IMG/VR virus record: IMGVR_UViG_3300034682_000034
Location: 1 to 50,650 of that record
Length of the DNA: 50,650 nucleotides
DNA from: a virus
Reading direction: 5' to 3' (one strand)
The notes under the pieces are model-generated. The model searched no databases. It was not told where the DNA came from and saw nothing but the letters and a program-made list of their open reading frames with translations. This document shows, piece by piece, positions 50,467 to 50,650 of the stretch (position 1 is its first letter; each line of letters starts with the position of its first letter). The position numbers and the translations under genes were made by a program.

Positions 50467-50650
50467 AAACATCTATTCTAGCAGGTTTAGAAGGCGAGGA
50501 GAAGAAAAACGTAGAGGGGGAATACCTAAGTAGCCCCCTGCTACGAAAACGTCTCACAGAGCTTCTAATGACAAAACAACGTAAATCGTATGAAGATCGT
50601 ATCAGTAAAAACAGTTATGACAGTCCTAATTGGGCTGCATTGCAAGCTGA
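50463..50650 (+). CDS. 5' part of the 79-aa junction-spanning hypothetical ORF (continues at 1-179)
   Basis: The ATG at 50463 overlaps the portal TGA. Translation begins MKTSILAGLEGEEKKNVEGEYLSSPLLRKRLTELLMTKQRKSYEDRISKN... Confidence 0.5.
   Translation, partial: MKTSILAGLEGEEKKNVEGEYLSSPLLRKRLTELLMTKQRKSYEDRISKNSYDSPNWAALQA
50524..50650. repeat. Second copy of the 127-bp terminal redundancy
   Basis: Identical to 1-127. Confidence 0.95.

Noticed and set aside
1-50650. Lysogeny module, T7-like RNA polymerase, transposase/IS elements, CRISPR arrays or recognisable defence systems
   Set aside because: No ORF shows integrase, recombinase, repressor, single-subunit RNAP or transposase motifs by eye. 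No repeat-spacer array is present. The genome looks like a virulent phage.

Overview
The window is a complete, circularly closed genome of a tailed dsDNA phage. Bases 1-127 are identical to 50524-50650, giving a unit length of 50,523 bp. The architecture is podovirus-like. The host is probably Gram-negative, judging from an embedded Rz/Rz1 spanin pair and lipobox lipoproteins.

There are two gene blocks.
- A plus-strand late block runs 42535 -> contig junction -> 15944. It encodes holin, Amidase_3 endolysin, spanins, a beta-helix tail fibre with an S74 chaperone domain, TerS/TerL, portal, scaffold and major capsid. It continues with tubular-protein-like genes, a GNAT, internal/ejection proteins including a 1682-aa giant, and an SLT transglycosylase.
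- A minus-strand early/middle block runs 41241 -> 16044. It encodes small early genes, tRNA-Arg(UCU), a glycine-zipper lipoprotein and a 9-gene amidoligase/ATP-grasp/amidotransferase operon. It continues with T7 gp4-like primase-helicase, an ECF-like sigma factor, family-A DNA polymerase, SSB-like protein, FEN, HNH and ThyX. It ends with two metallophosphoesterases, MazG, class II RNR, an NrdH-like redoxin and a minimal nucleotidyltransferase.

The blocks converge on a bidirectional terminator (15954-16019). They diverge from a 1.3-kb ORF-free region (41242-42534) that carries sigma70-like promoters, many hairpins and a phased array of DnaA boxes. I found no phage RNA polymerase, integrase or CRISPR array.

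Most noteworthy:
- The uncharacterised peptide-ligase-type operon (29672-36350).
- The DnaA-box/G-rich/AT-rich origin-like module.
- Two near-identical TA-rich elements bounded by inverted ATGTATATA motifs, which are candidate phage-sigma promoters.
- An A7 +1 frameshift/slippage site joining the SLT gene to the next ORF.
- A small gene interrupted by an in-frame TAA.

All functional calls come from motifs read by eye in the supplied translations. No database search was run.
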